DNA of 64,000 nt from Octopus sinensis (Eukaryota), in assembly GCF_006345805.1 (NCBI RefSeq), contig NC_043009.1, forward strand, positions 44,020,001 to 44,084,000. The letters run 5' to 3'. Below the pieces are notes generated by a model. The model saw only the letters and a list, made by a program, of their open reading frames with translations, was not told where the DNA came from and made no database searches. Shown here in pieces: positions 1 through 12,413 of this stretch (within the stretch, counting starts at the first letter, position 1; each line of letters opens with the position of its first letter). The translations under genes and the position numbers were made by a program.

Positions 1-226
1 GTATGTATGTATGTATGAATGTATGTATGTATGTATGTATGTATGTATGTATGTATGTATGAATGTTGTATGTATGTAATGTATGTATGTATGTATGAAT
101 GTATGTATGTATGTGAATGTATGTATGTATGTATGTTATATATATTTATATATATATATATTATATATATATATATTATATATATATTATATTATATATA
201 TATAGTATATATATATATATTATATA
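1..226. repeat. Compound (GTAT)n/(TA)n microsatellite
   Basis: Direct reading of the sequence. Confidence 0.95.
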
Positions 227-939
227 ATACCAAAATGTTTGGGCCGCGCAGATAGTCCACACTTCACTCCTTTACGTGACACTAATTAATCAAAAAGTAT
301 CCAGATACACTAGTGTGCAGAATAAAAGCCACATATATTAATAATCAACACAGAAAACATAATTGGTAATTTAGGGCTTAATGTAATAAGCACGTGTTTA
401 AGTAAGTGGATTGCTATTGTTACATACACCGGTTGGCAATATTACGCAATACCATCCACTTACTTCATCGGTATTATCAAGAAAATTAACCACCAAAGAA
501 ATATGCATGCTTCATCATTCCTACCTCACATACGAGCACACTTGATTCCGCTACGTCAACTATTTGGAGCATGATTTGCATATTGGGGTATATGAAGGTA
601 TGCATATTTCCACACATTGTCATTTTTGTTGATATGTTCTGGGGAGGGGAGTGCATTGTATTACGTAATATGGTCTGGCGGCTTATGTAATAAGGAAAAT
701 TCATTTGCTGGAACACGTGCACGTTAAATAAGGTATTAAATACCAATATCGTTTTCCAAATTTTTATTAACCACACACAGACACACACTCATAAACTCAC
801 ATGCATACTCACACACATGCGTACACAACATGTGTATAATAATAATAATCAACACTCACACACACGCGCGTGCGGACTCATACACACATACGTATATATA
901 CTACCAATGCACCAGTGAACTGCACGCAAGTAAGCATAT

Positions 940-1150
940 CACGGTGCCATATACCAAACTTTGGCTAATTGAATATTAGAATTGCACGGAGAAAGGGTGT
1001 ACACAAGCACTAGGGTGACCCGGATTTCAGTTGCGTAGACTTGAGCAAGGTGAAATGGAAGGATACAACGCGTAGCAATATCTTGGAATCGAACCCACGA
1101 CGTTGTGATCGCGAGACGAACACCTCTAAACGTCAGGAGACACACCTTCA
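940..1150 (-). mobile_element. Old, diverged tRNA-headed CORE-like SINE (group C)
   Basis: Reverse complement starts gaaggtgtgtctc...tttagaggtgttcgtctcgcgatcacaacgtcgtgggttcgattcc (B-box GTTCGATTCC), followed by a CORE-like ccttccatttcaccttgctcaagtctacgcaactg. Confidence 0.55.
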
Positions 1151-1236
1151 TGCACACAAGCGCACATACGAACACCACACACATATGTATGTATCTAAAA
1201 CACACGCGTACGTACACACAGTATATATTATGCATG

Positions 1237-1294
<58 letters not shown>

Positions 1295-1636
1295 GTGTGT
1301 GCACACATGGATTTATAAAGTGGACAGATACACATACTTACATACATACATGCATACATACATACATACACACATACATACATACATGCATACATACATA
1401 CATACATACATATACTTATATATATATATTTATATATACACGCACGCACAGATACACAAAGGCACATACATTCAGACACACAGACACACAAACATCACCA
1501 CATACACTCACACGCACACACGAAAACATACTAAAAATAAAAACAATATGCAATTGAGTGCAGTCGTTTTCCTTTCTCTCGTAATATTTTATTAAGTTCA
1601 CATCGTTTAGGTCAGCAGTTTGCAGCAGTTAAATCG

Positions 1637-1748
1637 TTACTTTATCGACCCCCAAAAGGATGAAAGGCAAAGTCGACCTCGCTAGAATTTAAAGTCAGCA
1701 CGGAGCATTTCGTCCAGCGAGCTAACGATTCTGCCAGCCCGCTGCCTT
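1637..1748 (-). mobile_element. SINE group B, partial
   Basis: Matches the in-window consensus aaggcggcgagctggcagaa...gaggtcgactttgcctttcatcctttcggggtcgataaa. Confidence 0.8.
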
Positions 1749-1760
1749 ATATGATGGATG

Positions 1761-1795
<35 letters not shown>

Positions 1796-1817
1796 TAATG
1801 ATAATAATAATAATAAA

Positions 1818-2013
1818 GACACAAGGCCTGAAATTTGTGGGGAGGCGACTAATCGATGACATCGACCCTGTGTTTCACTGATACTTAATTTATCGACTCC
1901 GAAAGGATGAAAGGCAAAGTTGACCTCGGCGCAATTTGAACTCAGAACGTAGCGACAGACGAAAAACTACTAAGCATTCCGCTCGGCGTGCTAACGATTC
2001 TGCCAGCTCGCCG
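1818..2013 (-). mobile_element. SINE group B with tail type 2, within (AAT)n
   Basis: Head, central domain and caaatttcaggccttgtg tail; flanked by AAT/GAT repeats. Confidence 0.85.
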
Positions 2014-2919
2014 AGTTAATAATGATAACAATAATGATGATGATGATGATGATGATGAAGTCAAAAGCAACAACAGCAACATCTAGATGTGCAAGGAATG
2101 TTAGTTCGTCATCAGATTGTCACATGATTTTGTTAAAATGAAAAAAAAAAAAAGTTGCACTTTTGGCTGCTGGGACTGGGGTGTAGGCGTCGGGGGGTGA
2201 AATATAATTATTGTAAGTAAGTGAAAATTAATGAGAAATAATTAAAAAATGAAAGCGAAATGAATTAAAATATTTAACAGATTATTTTCTGGTTGTATTA
2301 AGTGTGTGGTTGTATAGCCCTAGGACTGTCACGCAATGATAACTAGTTACCATTATTTCTCAAAGGAATCTCCCGCATTTGCTCATTTCTGTCAGTCTTT
2401 CTTGTTGGTGTATTATATGGTAACTAGCCTTCCAACCATGACTATCACAGTATAGTTGCCCTATAGTAGCTGACGTTCCAGCCATGAGAATACTTTTTTT
2501 ACTTTCAGACTTATTTTATCTTGAATTGCATTAACCAAAGTGTCTGCCCTGTCTTGTTTAAGTCAGTACGATGTGATTGGAGGTCGATTTAGCTGTTATT
2601 TCTTGCAGACAGAATGATCATTTTGTGGCCTCCCTGTTTAGGCCTTATTAAATATATTGTTGATGTTAATATATTTCTAAAGACTGTGATGGTCGTGGCG
2701 GTATAGCAGCACGAAGCAACAACCATCAGACGTATTAGAAGTTCATATTCTATATCCGATGAAATAAATCCTATGATTGAGCAAGACTCTGTGACCCCAA
2801 ACAGTCGTCTTACTTAGACACCTGACTGTATATCACAAGTGTATGCAACGGTTGCATTATAAAAGAATGAATCGATGAGAAACCTTGTCGGTGGACTTCG
2901 GATGTCCTAGTAAAAACAC

Positions 2920-3352
2920 AAGGTGGCTAGCTGGCGGAAAGGTTAGCACGCCGGACGAAATGCTTAGCGGTATTTCGTCTGCCGCTACGTTCTGGGTTCA
3001 AATTCTGCCGAGGTCGACTCTGCCTTTCATCCTTTCGGGGTCGATTAAATAAGTACCAGTTACGCACTGGGGTCGATATAATCGACTTAATCCGTTTGTC
3101 TGTCCTTGTATGTCCTCTCTGTGTTTAGCCCCTTGTGGGTAGTAAAGAAATAGGTATTTCGTCTCCCGTTACGTTCTGAGTTCAAATTTCGTCGAGGTTG
3201 ACTTTGCCTTTCATTCTTTCGGGGTCGATTAAATAAGTACCAGTTACGCATTGGGGTCGATATAATCGACTTAATCCGTTTGTCTGTCCTTGTTTGTCCT
3301 CTCTGTGTTTAGCCCTTTGTGGGTAGTAAAGAAATAGGTATTTCGTCTGCCG
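2920..3352 (+). mobile_element. SINE group B tandem multimer (full unit, head-truncated unit, start of a third)
   Basis: A ~185-bp unit ggtatttcgtct...aaagaaata is repeated; the central gactttgcctttcatcctttcggggtcgat(t/a)aaataagtaccag resembles a conserved SINE central domain (Meta/MESC-like, from memory). Confidence 0.9.
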
Positions 3353-3452
3353 CGGTTTCGATTGAGCAAAAACACCTAAGCTCCACGAGGCTCCGGCGGG
3401 GAGGGGGGACCCCACTGTACTCTTTCACCACAACTTTCTCTCACTCTTTTTT
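3350..3452 (+). mobile_element. SINE group D internal fragment fused to the group B multimer
   Basis: cgcggtttcgattgagcaaaaacacctaagctccacgag...caactttctctcactct matches the reverse complement of about 13735-13865. Confidence 0.75.
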
Positions 3453-3629
3453 TCCTACTTCTACCACAAAGCAGAGGAACCATGGTGTAACCCACTATGG
3501 TGTGGTAAACTTTCAGACCCTAGTCTAGATTGCGAATCCTCTGTACCCCAGGATGGTTCAGCTCGTCACCCGTTAAAAAGCCACCGGTTACGGAATGAGG
3601 ATAACAATGAGGATTACAGGAATGAGGAT

Positions 3630-3862
3630 AAGGCGGCGAGCTGGCAGAAACGTTAGAACGCCAGGCGAAATGCTTAGCGGTATTTCGTCTGCCGTTACGT
3701 TCTGAGTTCAAATTTCGCCGAGGTCGACTTTGCCTTTCATCCTTTCGGGGTTGATAAATTAAGTGCCAGTTACGCACTGGGGTCGATGTAATCGACTTAA
3801 TACCTATGTCTGTCCTTGTTTGTCCCCTCTGTGTTTAGCCCCTTGTGGGTGATAAAGAAATA
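3630..3862 (+). mobile_element. SINE group B, full length, with flanking 22-bp duplication
   Basis: Near-consensus copy; ggttacggaatgaggataacaa occurs at 3586-3607 and 3863-3884. Confidence 0.9.
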
Positions 3863-4024
3863 GGTTACGGAATGAGGATAACAACGTAGCTTTCGCGCCC
3901 GTGCAACCGCCAGTCTTTCGCGTGTAGTGGGTGGATCTTCAAGTTTCCACACGCATTCTTAGTAGCTTAGAGCAGGCTCGAATTAGAGATTATTCTTTGT
4001 AGCTAATGGCGTGAGTTCTGATTG

Positions 4025-4358
4025 GAAGAAGAAGAAGAAGAAGACGACGACGACGACGACGAAGAAGAAGAAGAAGAAGAAGAAGAAGAAGAAGAAGAAG
4101 AAGAAGAAGAAGAAGAAGAAGAAGAAGAAGAAGAAGAAGCAACAGCAGCAACAACAATATAGCGACTGTAGTAGCAGCAACAATAATAGCAACATTATCA
4201 TCATCAACAGCAGCAGCAAAAACAACAATAGCAACAGAAGCAGCAGCAGCAGCAGCAACAACAACAACAACAACAGCAACAACAACATTAGCAACAACAA
4301 TAATAGTAACAGCAGCAACAACAACAACAATAGCAACATCAGTAGTAACAGCAATAAT

Positions 4359-4389
<31 letters not shown>

Positions 4390-4435
4390 ACCATAGCAAC
4401 AACCATAGCAACAACAACAACAACAACAACAACAT
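4025..4435. repeat. Compound trinucleotide tract (GAA)n-(GAC)n-(GAA)n-(CAA/CAG/TAG)n
   Basis: Direct reading; accounts for the poly-K, poly-N and poly-L ORFs. Confidence 0.95.
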
Positions 4436-4804
4436 CCAAGGCATGGTGTGTCACCAAACACGCAATGGCAAGTTCACTGGTTCTCACTAACAAATTAGTG
4501 AGGTTTAGGTTTCCAGTTTATTCTTAAAATACACAGACTCTTATCAAATATTTTCTATTTCCTTTTTCTTTTATCTTATTTTCTATTATGTCTGTGTCTG
4601 GAATAACGCGCATTCGTTTTCAATGAAAGCTTTGCTTTAATTTGTAGAGTTTTGGGGAGCAGTTGTTGGCGGTTAACCTTACCATTCATCTTTTCGGAAT
4701 TGATAAAATAACATACCAGTCAACTACTAGGGTCAATGGTATCTACTAAACACTTCCATTCTGAATTTCTTGCCTTGTGCTTAAATCAGTAACATTATTA
4801 TTGA

Positions 4805-5016
4805 TTTCAAATTTTGGCACAAGGCCAGCATTTTCGGGGGAGGGGCTAAGTCGATTACATCGACTGCAGTATTTAACTGGTACTTATTTCATCGACCCCG
4901 AAAGGATGAAAGGCAAAATGGACTTTGATAGAATTTGAACTCAGAACATGAAGACGGACGAAATGCAGCTAAGCATTTCGCCCGGCGTGCTAACGATTTA
5001 GGCAACCCGCCGCCTT
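4805..5016 (-). mobile_element. SINE group B (tail type 2)
   Basis: Reverse complement of the consensus; head ends 17 bp from the next copy. Confidence 0.85.
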
Positions 5017-5033
5017 AAGAAACATTATTAAAA

Positions 5034-5467
5034 AAGGCGGCGAGCTGGCAGAAACGTTAGCACACCGGGCGAAATGCTTAGCAGTATTTCGTCTGTCTTT
5101 TGGTTCTGAGTTCAAATTCCGCCGAGGTCGACTTTGCCTTTCATCCTTTCGGGGTCGATAAATTAAGCACCAGTTACGCACTGGGTTCGATGTAATCGAC
5201 TTAATCCGTTTGTCTGTCCTTGTTTGTCCCCTCTATGTTTAGCCCCTTGTGAGCAATAAAGAAATAAGAAACGTTAGCACGCCGGGCGAAATGCTTAGCA
5301 GTATTTCGTCTGCCGTTACGTTCTGAGTTCAAATTTCGCCGATGTTGACTTTGCTTGTCATCCTTTCGGGATCGATAAATTAAGTACCAGTTGCGTACTG
5401 GGGTCGACCTAATCGACTGGCCCCCTACCTCAAAATGTCGGGCCTTGTGCCTAGAGTAGAAAAGAAA
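5034..5467 (+). mobile_element. SINE group B dimer (tail-1 unit plus tail-2 unit)
   Basis: Second unit starts at agaaacgttagcac (~5267) straight after aaagaaata and ends gccttgtgcctagagtagaaaag. Confidence 0.9.
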
Positions 5468-6123
5468 AGATTATAAAAAAGGGGTAAGTGGTGACGGGTG
5501 AAGACGTTGAAATTGATGAAATATGCTTTGTGGTATTTCTTCCGAGTCATTAGATTCTCAGTTCAAATCCTGTCAAGGTTACCCATGCATTCATCCCTCT
5601 CGGGTCGATAAATCAGAGTACAGGTTAATTACTGTGGTCAAAGGTTATCAACTACTCATCTGCCCTCAAAATTGCCAGCTTTTTGCCTAAACCAGAAATG
5701 ATGATTACAATTAAATTAAACTCATTACTAAGAATGTTATCAATAGAAATAAAATTTCTATACAGAGTAAAAATTTAATTTTGTTTTTTAAAAAAGGAAA
5801 TAAAATCTATTTTGTACCCTGAAAATGTTGACATAAATAGAAATTATCTAATCTAGTTGATGTCAGATGGTGGAGAAGGGGGCAGAGTTGAAACAGAAAA
5901 AAAATTCGAATATTGACACCTGCCAAAGAAAGTCACAGATAAAAACGAGAAGGTCGGGAAGCAGGATTCCTGATACTCGCAGAAATAAAGCTGCAACACC
6001 AATCTCGTTTGCTGTTAAGACTATATCAGGAACGTGGGAAAGCGAATACCATTTGCGAGATGATGGAGAGAGCGAGTGAGAGAGGAGAAACTTCGCATGG
6101 ACATTCACATATTGTTGTAAAGT

Positions 6124-6156
<33 letters not shown>

Positions 6157-6437
6157 ACTGACGGTCACCTTTACTTTTCATCGTTTGGAAGGTAGGGCGT
6201 GTGTGTGTGTGTGTGTTGGGGGAGGTGTTTAAGAGATAAGTACCTGTTAAATACGGGGAGCCATGTAATCGATTACAACTTCCCTCAGAGTTTAGGGTTT
6301 TGTGCGTGTTTAAAAAAAATCATAATCATCATCATCATCGTCATCGTCAACATCATCAGTCAAGTTCGGAATCGATTTAATAGGTTAAACTGTTACTCCC
6401 GAATATGCGGCCTTGTGCTTATATAAGAAAAGATTAT

Positions 6438-6477
<40 letters not shown>

Positions 6478-6639
6478 GCACACACATACATGCATGTATA
6501 TGTGTGTGTATATGTGTAGATATATACACATACATACACACACATACACAGACAGACACACACACACACTCTTTTACTCTCTTACTTGTTTCAGTGATTT
6601 GACTGCGCCCATGCTGGAGCCCCGCCTTTAGTCGATACG

Positions 6640-6676
<37 letters not shown>

Positions 6677-6679
6677 GCA

Positions 6680-6970
6680 TATGTGGGCACACGACGTCAT
6701 GAAACGTGTACAAGTAAAAAGTACGAAGCACGAGTACATGGAACATGAACTATTCTTTCGATAAAACAGTTGCTCCCGCAAAGCAAATTAAATAAAATTT
6801 GGGATTTTGCGGAGGGTTAAAATAGGTAACACAAACAATGAAGACAAACAGGAAGGGCTGCTAAACCTAAATGAGCGAACGTGTATATCAAGCTAGGACA
6901 GGAGACAAACAAGAACACGTCTTCCTTGTTCTAGCTACAACGAAGAGAAAGAAGGAAAGATGGCCGATGG
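6680..6970. mobile_element. Internally deleted, one-armed copy of the long-inverted-repeat element at 58402-58988
   Basis: atatgtgggcac...gtacatggaacatgaactatt joined to tttcgataaaacagttgctcccgcaaagc...aaagatggccgatg, colinear with 58402-58852. Confidence 0.8.
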
Positions 6971-7356
6971 TCACGTGGGAGCCACGTGAGCAAGGGAAGA
7001 GGAGTGAGGGAGAGAGAGTGACAGAGTAATAGGATAAAATAGTGGGAAAAGAGGAGGTAAAAGAATAAGACAGAGAGAAAAAGAGAGAAAAACGAAAGAG
7101 TAAAAAGATCGTATAGAGTGCGTATTAAGATATTAATTAAGATATTAATTAAGATAAAATTTACTTGGAAGCGGATCCGTGACTTTCAATCATATAATAA
7201 TATAAATAATATAAAGCACGATTTATTTGTGATCAGAGGCGTTCGTAAACTGAGGTACTACTCTATTAGATGGTTATGAGAAAGACAGGAGATAAAGCAC
7301 GATTTATTTGTTATCAGAGTTGTTCGAAAACTGGGGTACTACTCTATATTTACTTT

Positions 7357-7401
<45 letters not shown>

Positions 7402-7414
7402 CTATATATATAAT

Positions 7415-7787
7415 AGGCGCAGGAGGCTGTGTGGTAAGTAGCTTGCTCACAACAACATAGTTCCGGGTCCAGTCCCACTGCGTGGCACCTTGGGCAAGTG
7501 TCTTCTAATATAGCCTCGGGCCAACCCATGCCTTGTGAGTGGATTTGGTAGACGGAAACTAAAAGAAGCCCGTCGTATATTTATATATGTGTGTGTTTGT
7601 GTGTCTGTGTCTGTCCCAGCCACCATCGTTTAACAACCGATGTTGGTGTGTTTACGTCCCCGTATTTAGGGGTTCGGAAAAAGAGACCGATAGAATAAGT
7701 ATTAGGCTTACAAGAATAAGCCTTGGGATCGATTTGTTCGGCTAAAGTCTGTGCTCCAGAATGGCCGCAGTCAAATGACTGAAACAA
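7415..7787 (+). mobile_element. SINE group A, full length
   Basis: tRNA-like head ggcgcagga(gt)ggctgtgtggtaagtagcttgc, CORE-like ccttgggcaagtgtc, internal TA/TG tract, tail ending cagtcaaatgactgaaac. Confidence 0.9.
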
Positions 7788-7818
7788 AAAAAAAACGATT
7801 AAACAATATATATACATA

Positions 7819-7895
7819 CAGTAATCCCTCGACTATCGCGGGTGTTATGTTCCAAAATCCCCCGTGATAGGTGAAAATCCGTGTAGTAGGAACAG
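7819..7895 (+). mobile_element. Tigger/pogo-like DNA transposon left end
   Basis: TA followed by CAGTAATCCCTCGACTATCGCGGGTGTTATGTTCCAAAA, resembling Tigger-type TIRs; no matching right TIR seen. Confidence 0.55.
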
Positions 7896-8006
7896 TATTG
7901 TACTGTATATTTTTTAAAATTATCTTTATAATTTGTATACACTAGTACCTCGGTGTTCGAACAACTCTGATGACGAATAAGTCATGTGCACACACACACA
8001 CACACA

Positions 8007-8066
<60 letters not shown>

Positions 8067-8454
8067 TCACACACATTCGTGTTCGTGTGTATAAATGTAT
8101 GTGCACATAAATGTATTGAATTCCCTCTTCGTGTAGGGTTGAACTTTGTTTAGGGGTTTCTTAGTTTTTTTAGTTTATGGTAGTTTTGTTGCTGTGTATA
8201 TCAACTACACTGATATTGCGTGATTGTCCTTCATAGGGTTTCTAGTTGTGGTAAAGGTTATACTTTCTCAGGGTTCGTAGTTTACTGAGGTTTTATTGCA
8301 TACATACATACATACATACTACACCACACATATGGCATCTCTAATGGTATCTATCTATCTCTCTCTATATATCTATGTACATATATTCATACACTCACAT
8401 GCATTATATTATATTATATTATATTATATTATATTATATTATATATTATATTAT

Positions 8455-8495
<41 letters not shown>

Positions 8496-9229
8496 TATAT
8501 ATATTCAAGCACATATATGTATGTATATATATATATGTGTGTGTGTGTGTGTAGATACATATATACATATATACATATATACAACAGCACATATTAAACT
8601 GAAAGTAAAATAAACAAATGTACCGGAAAGTTAACCTCTCCAAATATAAATGGAAAGAATGAAATAAAGTCATCTCCCCCGACAACACTGTCTCCCAAAA
8701 TCAAAACAACAAGAAGGGAATAAGAATTACAATAAGCAAACAAAAAGATAAACATAAGTGAATAGCATAAAGTAAATAAAATGTCGAACTAAAACAATAA
8801 AACAAATAAAATCAAACAAACAAATAAACAAGTGAAAATCTTGCATAATTGGCACCGCTTGGGGTCGCCATAGGGAGCAGTTTGATAGAAAGATTTGCTT
8901 GAATTTATTGGTCAATTTTACAGATCGCCCGTCGTGTGTTACGCTCCCCTCTGTCGCTTATCACATCTCAAAGCCGTGACACCGTCACACAACCAGAGAT
9001 AGAATGACGTCACAACCATCCCCCTTACGATCTCATGACATTCTAGCCTGTCATTTACTTATCTCACGCTTTCTTCATTAGTTATTTATTCGTCCTCTTC
9101 TCTTACTATTTTCTGAAAAGTTCTTTGTTTAAAGAATAGCACAGTAGTACATCAGGCAACTCTGGCATACTCCTGTCACCATTTCATACACCAACTCACA
9201 CGCTTATGTACATCTATACACACACACAC

Positions 9230-9307
<78 letters not shown>

Positions 9308-9660
9308 GTATGTAAGTAAAGATATTGTATTAATCTATGCATGTGTAAGCTTAATATAAATAATGTATATATGATTGTGTACAAGTGTGCATGTAAGCGT
9401 ATACACCAAGCGTCTATTTTTTTAAATAATTAATTAGAATTTCATGGTTTATTACATAAAATATGCCAGCGTCAATTCACTGTTGAGCATTCATGCCTTT
9501 CATGACTTTGGGTATATTTCTCAGTCAGAGCATACACACCACACACGCACACATCTGCATGTATGTGTAGTGTGCATACATATATGCATACATATCTATG
9601 TATATAAATAAATTTACACATATAAGTGTATGTATAATATGTGTGTGTGTATTGATATAT

Positions 9661-9779
<119 letters not shown>

Positions 9780-10092
9780 GTGGTGTGTGTGTGTGTGAGT
9801 GTGTGTGTGTGTATATATATTTTATAAGTTAAAGTTTAGAGCGATCACTGCACAATGACTAAAGAAAATAGTCTAATAATGGGGCATATGAGCCCTTGAC
9901 AGAAAAAAAGTAGGTCTTCCGTACGCGTGGGACTCGATAAACCATTCACAGTAAAAGCATATATATATATATACATAATATAGAGAGAGAGGGAAGGAGA
10001 AAGAGGGAGAGGGAGTGTGTGTGTGTAAGAGAACGAGAAAGAGAGGTAATATTCCAAAATAAATGAATACTGATATTCTATTATTCTTTCAT

Positions 10093-10324
10093 TCTTTTAC
10101 TCGTTTCAGTCATTTGCCTGCGGCCATGTTGGAACATCGTTTTTAGTCGAACAAATCGACCCCAGGACTTATTCTTTGTAAGCGTAGTACTTATTTCTAT
10201 CGGTATCTTTTGCTGAACCGCTAAGTTACGGGGATACAAACACACCAACATCGGTTGTCAAGCGATAGTGGAGGGACAACACCAGACACACAAATACACA
10301 CATACATAAGAATACACACCACAC

Positions 10325-10394
<70 letters not shown>

Positions 10395-10438
10395 GTATGT
10401 GTGTGTGGTGTGTGGTGTGTATCTTTATGTATGTGTGG

Positions 10439-10472
<34 letters not shown>

Positions 10473-10597
10473 TGTTTTCAGTTTCCGTCTACCAAATCCA
10501 CTCACAAGGTATTGGTCGGCCTGCTGCTACAGTATAAGAGATAAGCCCAAGGTGCCATGCAGTGGGACTGAACCCGGAACCATGTGGTTGGGAAGCT
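10093..10597 (-). mobile_element. SINE group A with expanded internal microsatellite
   Basis: Tail at 10093-10290 and head at 10475-10597, separated by CA/TA/TG tracts. Confidence 0.85.
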
Positions 10598-11054
10598 TTT
10601 ATTGGAGACATATATTATATTCACTACTTTCCGATAAAGTAATTTACTTGTGCCATTTTAAATTTTGCTACAGAGAAACAGGACTTTTATTTCCAGCACC
10701 CAGATATTTTGAACAGAATACAGAGAAAAGTTATGAAACAAAAATTAACAGAGTATTCTATAAGAGGAGTTGTCAAAGTATGTATTTATGAGTGTGTGTA
10801 TGTATACAAAATAATCTACAGACATACTCGTAAGATCATACTTATATGTGTATCAATATAGCAAATATGCAGATATGCAAGTGAGTTTGTAGTTGATATA
10901 TAAACATAAAGTAGCCACACTTGTGTATAATACCATGATCCCATTAACATGGTTTGAATGGAAATAAACTGGTAAGTAAGTGTGTTTGTACATAGAAATG
11001 GTTCCATCGTCATACACGTAAGAACATACATACATATATACATACATACATACA

Positions 11055-11113
<59 letters not shown>

Positions 11114-11203
11114 ATATATAATAATGATAATAATAATGTTAATAATGATAATAATGATAACAACAACAACAACAGAAAACAACAACAACAATAATAATAA
11201 AAC

Positions 11204-11253
<50 letters not shown>

Positions 11254-11275
11254 TAATAATATAATAATAAATAAA

Positions 11276-11735
11276 GCCCTGATGCAGTACCAGGCAGTGG
11301 CTCTCATGGCTTCAGATCTTAACTGATTGGAAGTGTTATCATGTACATTGTTTTTGTTTGGTATAAAAGATGGGCTACAGCAAATATTCTGCTCAATACC
11401 ACAGATTGCTTATCAGTTGTTTGACCTTAACCAGTTGAGCATGTCCCTTAGTGGCTGACGATATGTGCATCTCTGATCACGAGCAGAAGTAGTGGGGGAG
11501 CATCATAGCCATGTGTTGATGGGCTACTCAACCTGAAGAAGAAAATTCTAACTTGGGCCCACCTGCAAGGTCATGTGCTTTGTTATCTTGATATTGAGAT
11601 CCACCATGTCGCGCACTATGGTTGTGATGCATGTGCCTGGTGTACCTTTATCAGACGGGTAGTCATGATGGGTATATTGGGCTTCGTATATTTTACCCCA
11701 GTGTCACTTTGATGGCATGAACTGCTCTCTCACTC
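11276..11735. mobile_element. Unclassified ~460-bp insertion inside an (AAT)n tract
   Basis: GC-richer non-coding block bounded on both sides by (AAT)n; no TIRs seen. Confidence 0.55.
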
Positions 11736-12413
11736 AATAATAATAATAATAATAATAATAATAGTGTATAATAAATGTGCAAACATGCAAGTGAGTCTGT
11801 AGTAAGAGCGTAAATGGAAAATTACTCACACTTCTATAATATCATGATCTCATTAACACGTGCTTTAAAAGGAAGTAGACTAGAAATTTGTGCTCATATG
11901 CATGCAAGCTAGTTCACAAACATATGCGTAAGGACAAACATGCATATGTATATATATAATAAACCTGCAGGCGTGCAAGTGAGTCTGCATGATTATAATA
12001 AATGTCGACTCAGCCTTGACAATGTTGATTGCTGAAATGGTTGCGCTGGTGCAGTAGCAAAGGTGTCACTATACTCTGTGTGAAGTACTGTAACTGAGAT
12101 GCATCAACTGGGGCACGTTAATCACTGACTGAGTTGATTTAATTAAGTCATTTGCTAATTTAATCTGAGGACGCGATTTCATTACGCTGGCATCCACGAG
12201 TGTTTCCCTTTTGTTTTAACAATGACTTAACTGATCCTATCAGGTGGTGCTATTAAGTTAGACATGGCCTGGGTCAGAATTTGGCCATAGCACACCTGAG
12301 TTATATGCGTATATGTTTCATTCCGTGAATATCGATGTATATATTTTTATACATGTATGTATGTATGTATGTATGTATGTATGTATGTATGTATGTATGT
12401 ATGTATGTATGTC

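Noticed and set aside
3983-4493. 150-167-aa ORFs (poly-L, poly-V, poly-K/N/S)
   Set aside because: Stop-free trinucleotide repeats that are open on both strands; no domain or splice evidence
5863-6168. Non-repetitive 70-aa and 101-aa overlapping ORFs
   Set aside because: No recognisable motif; length expected by chance; a small exon cannot be excluded without RNA-seq
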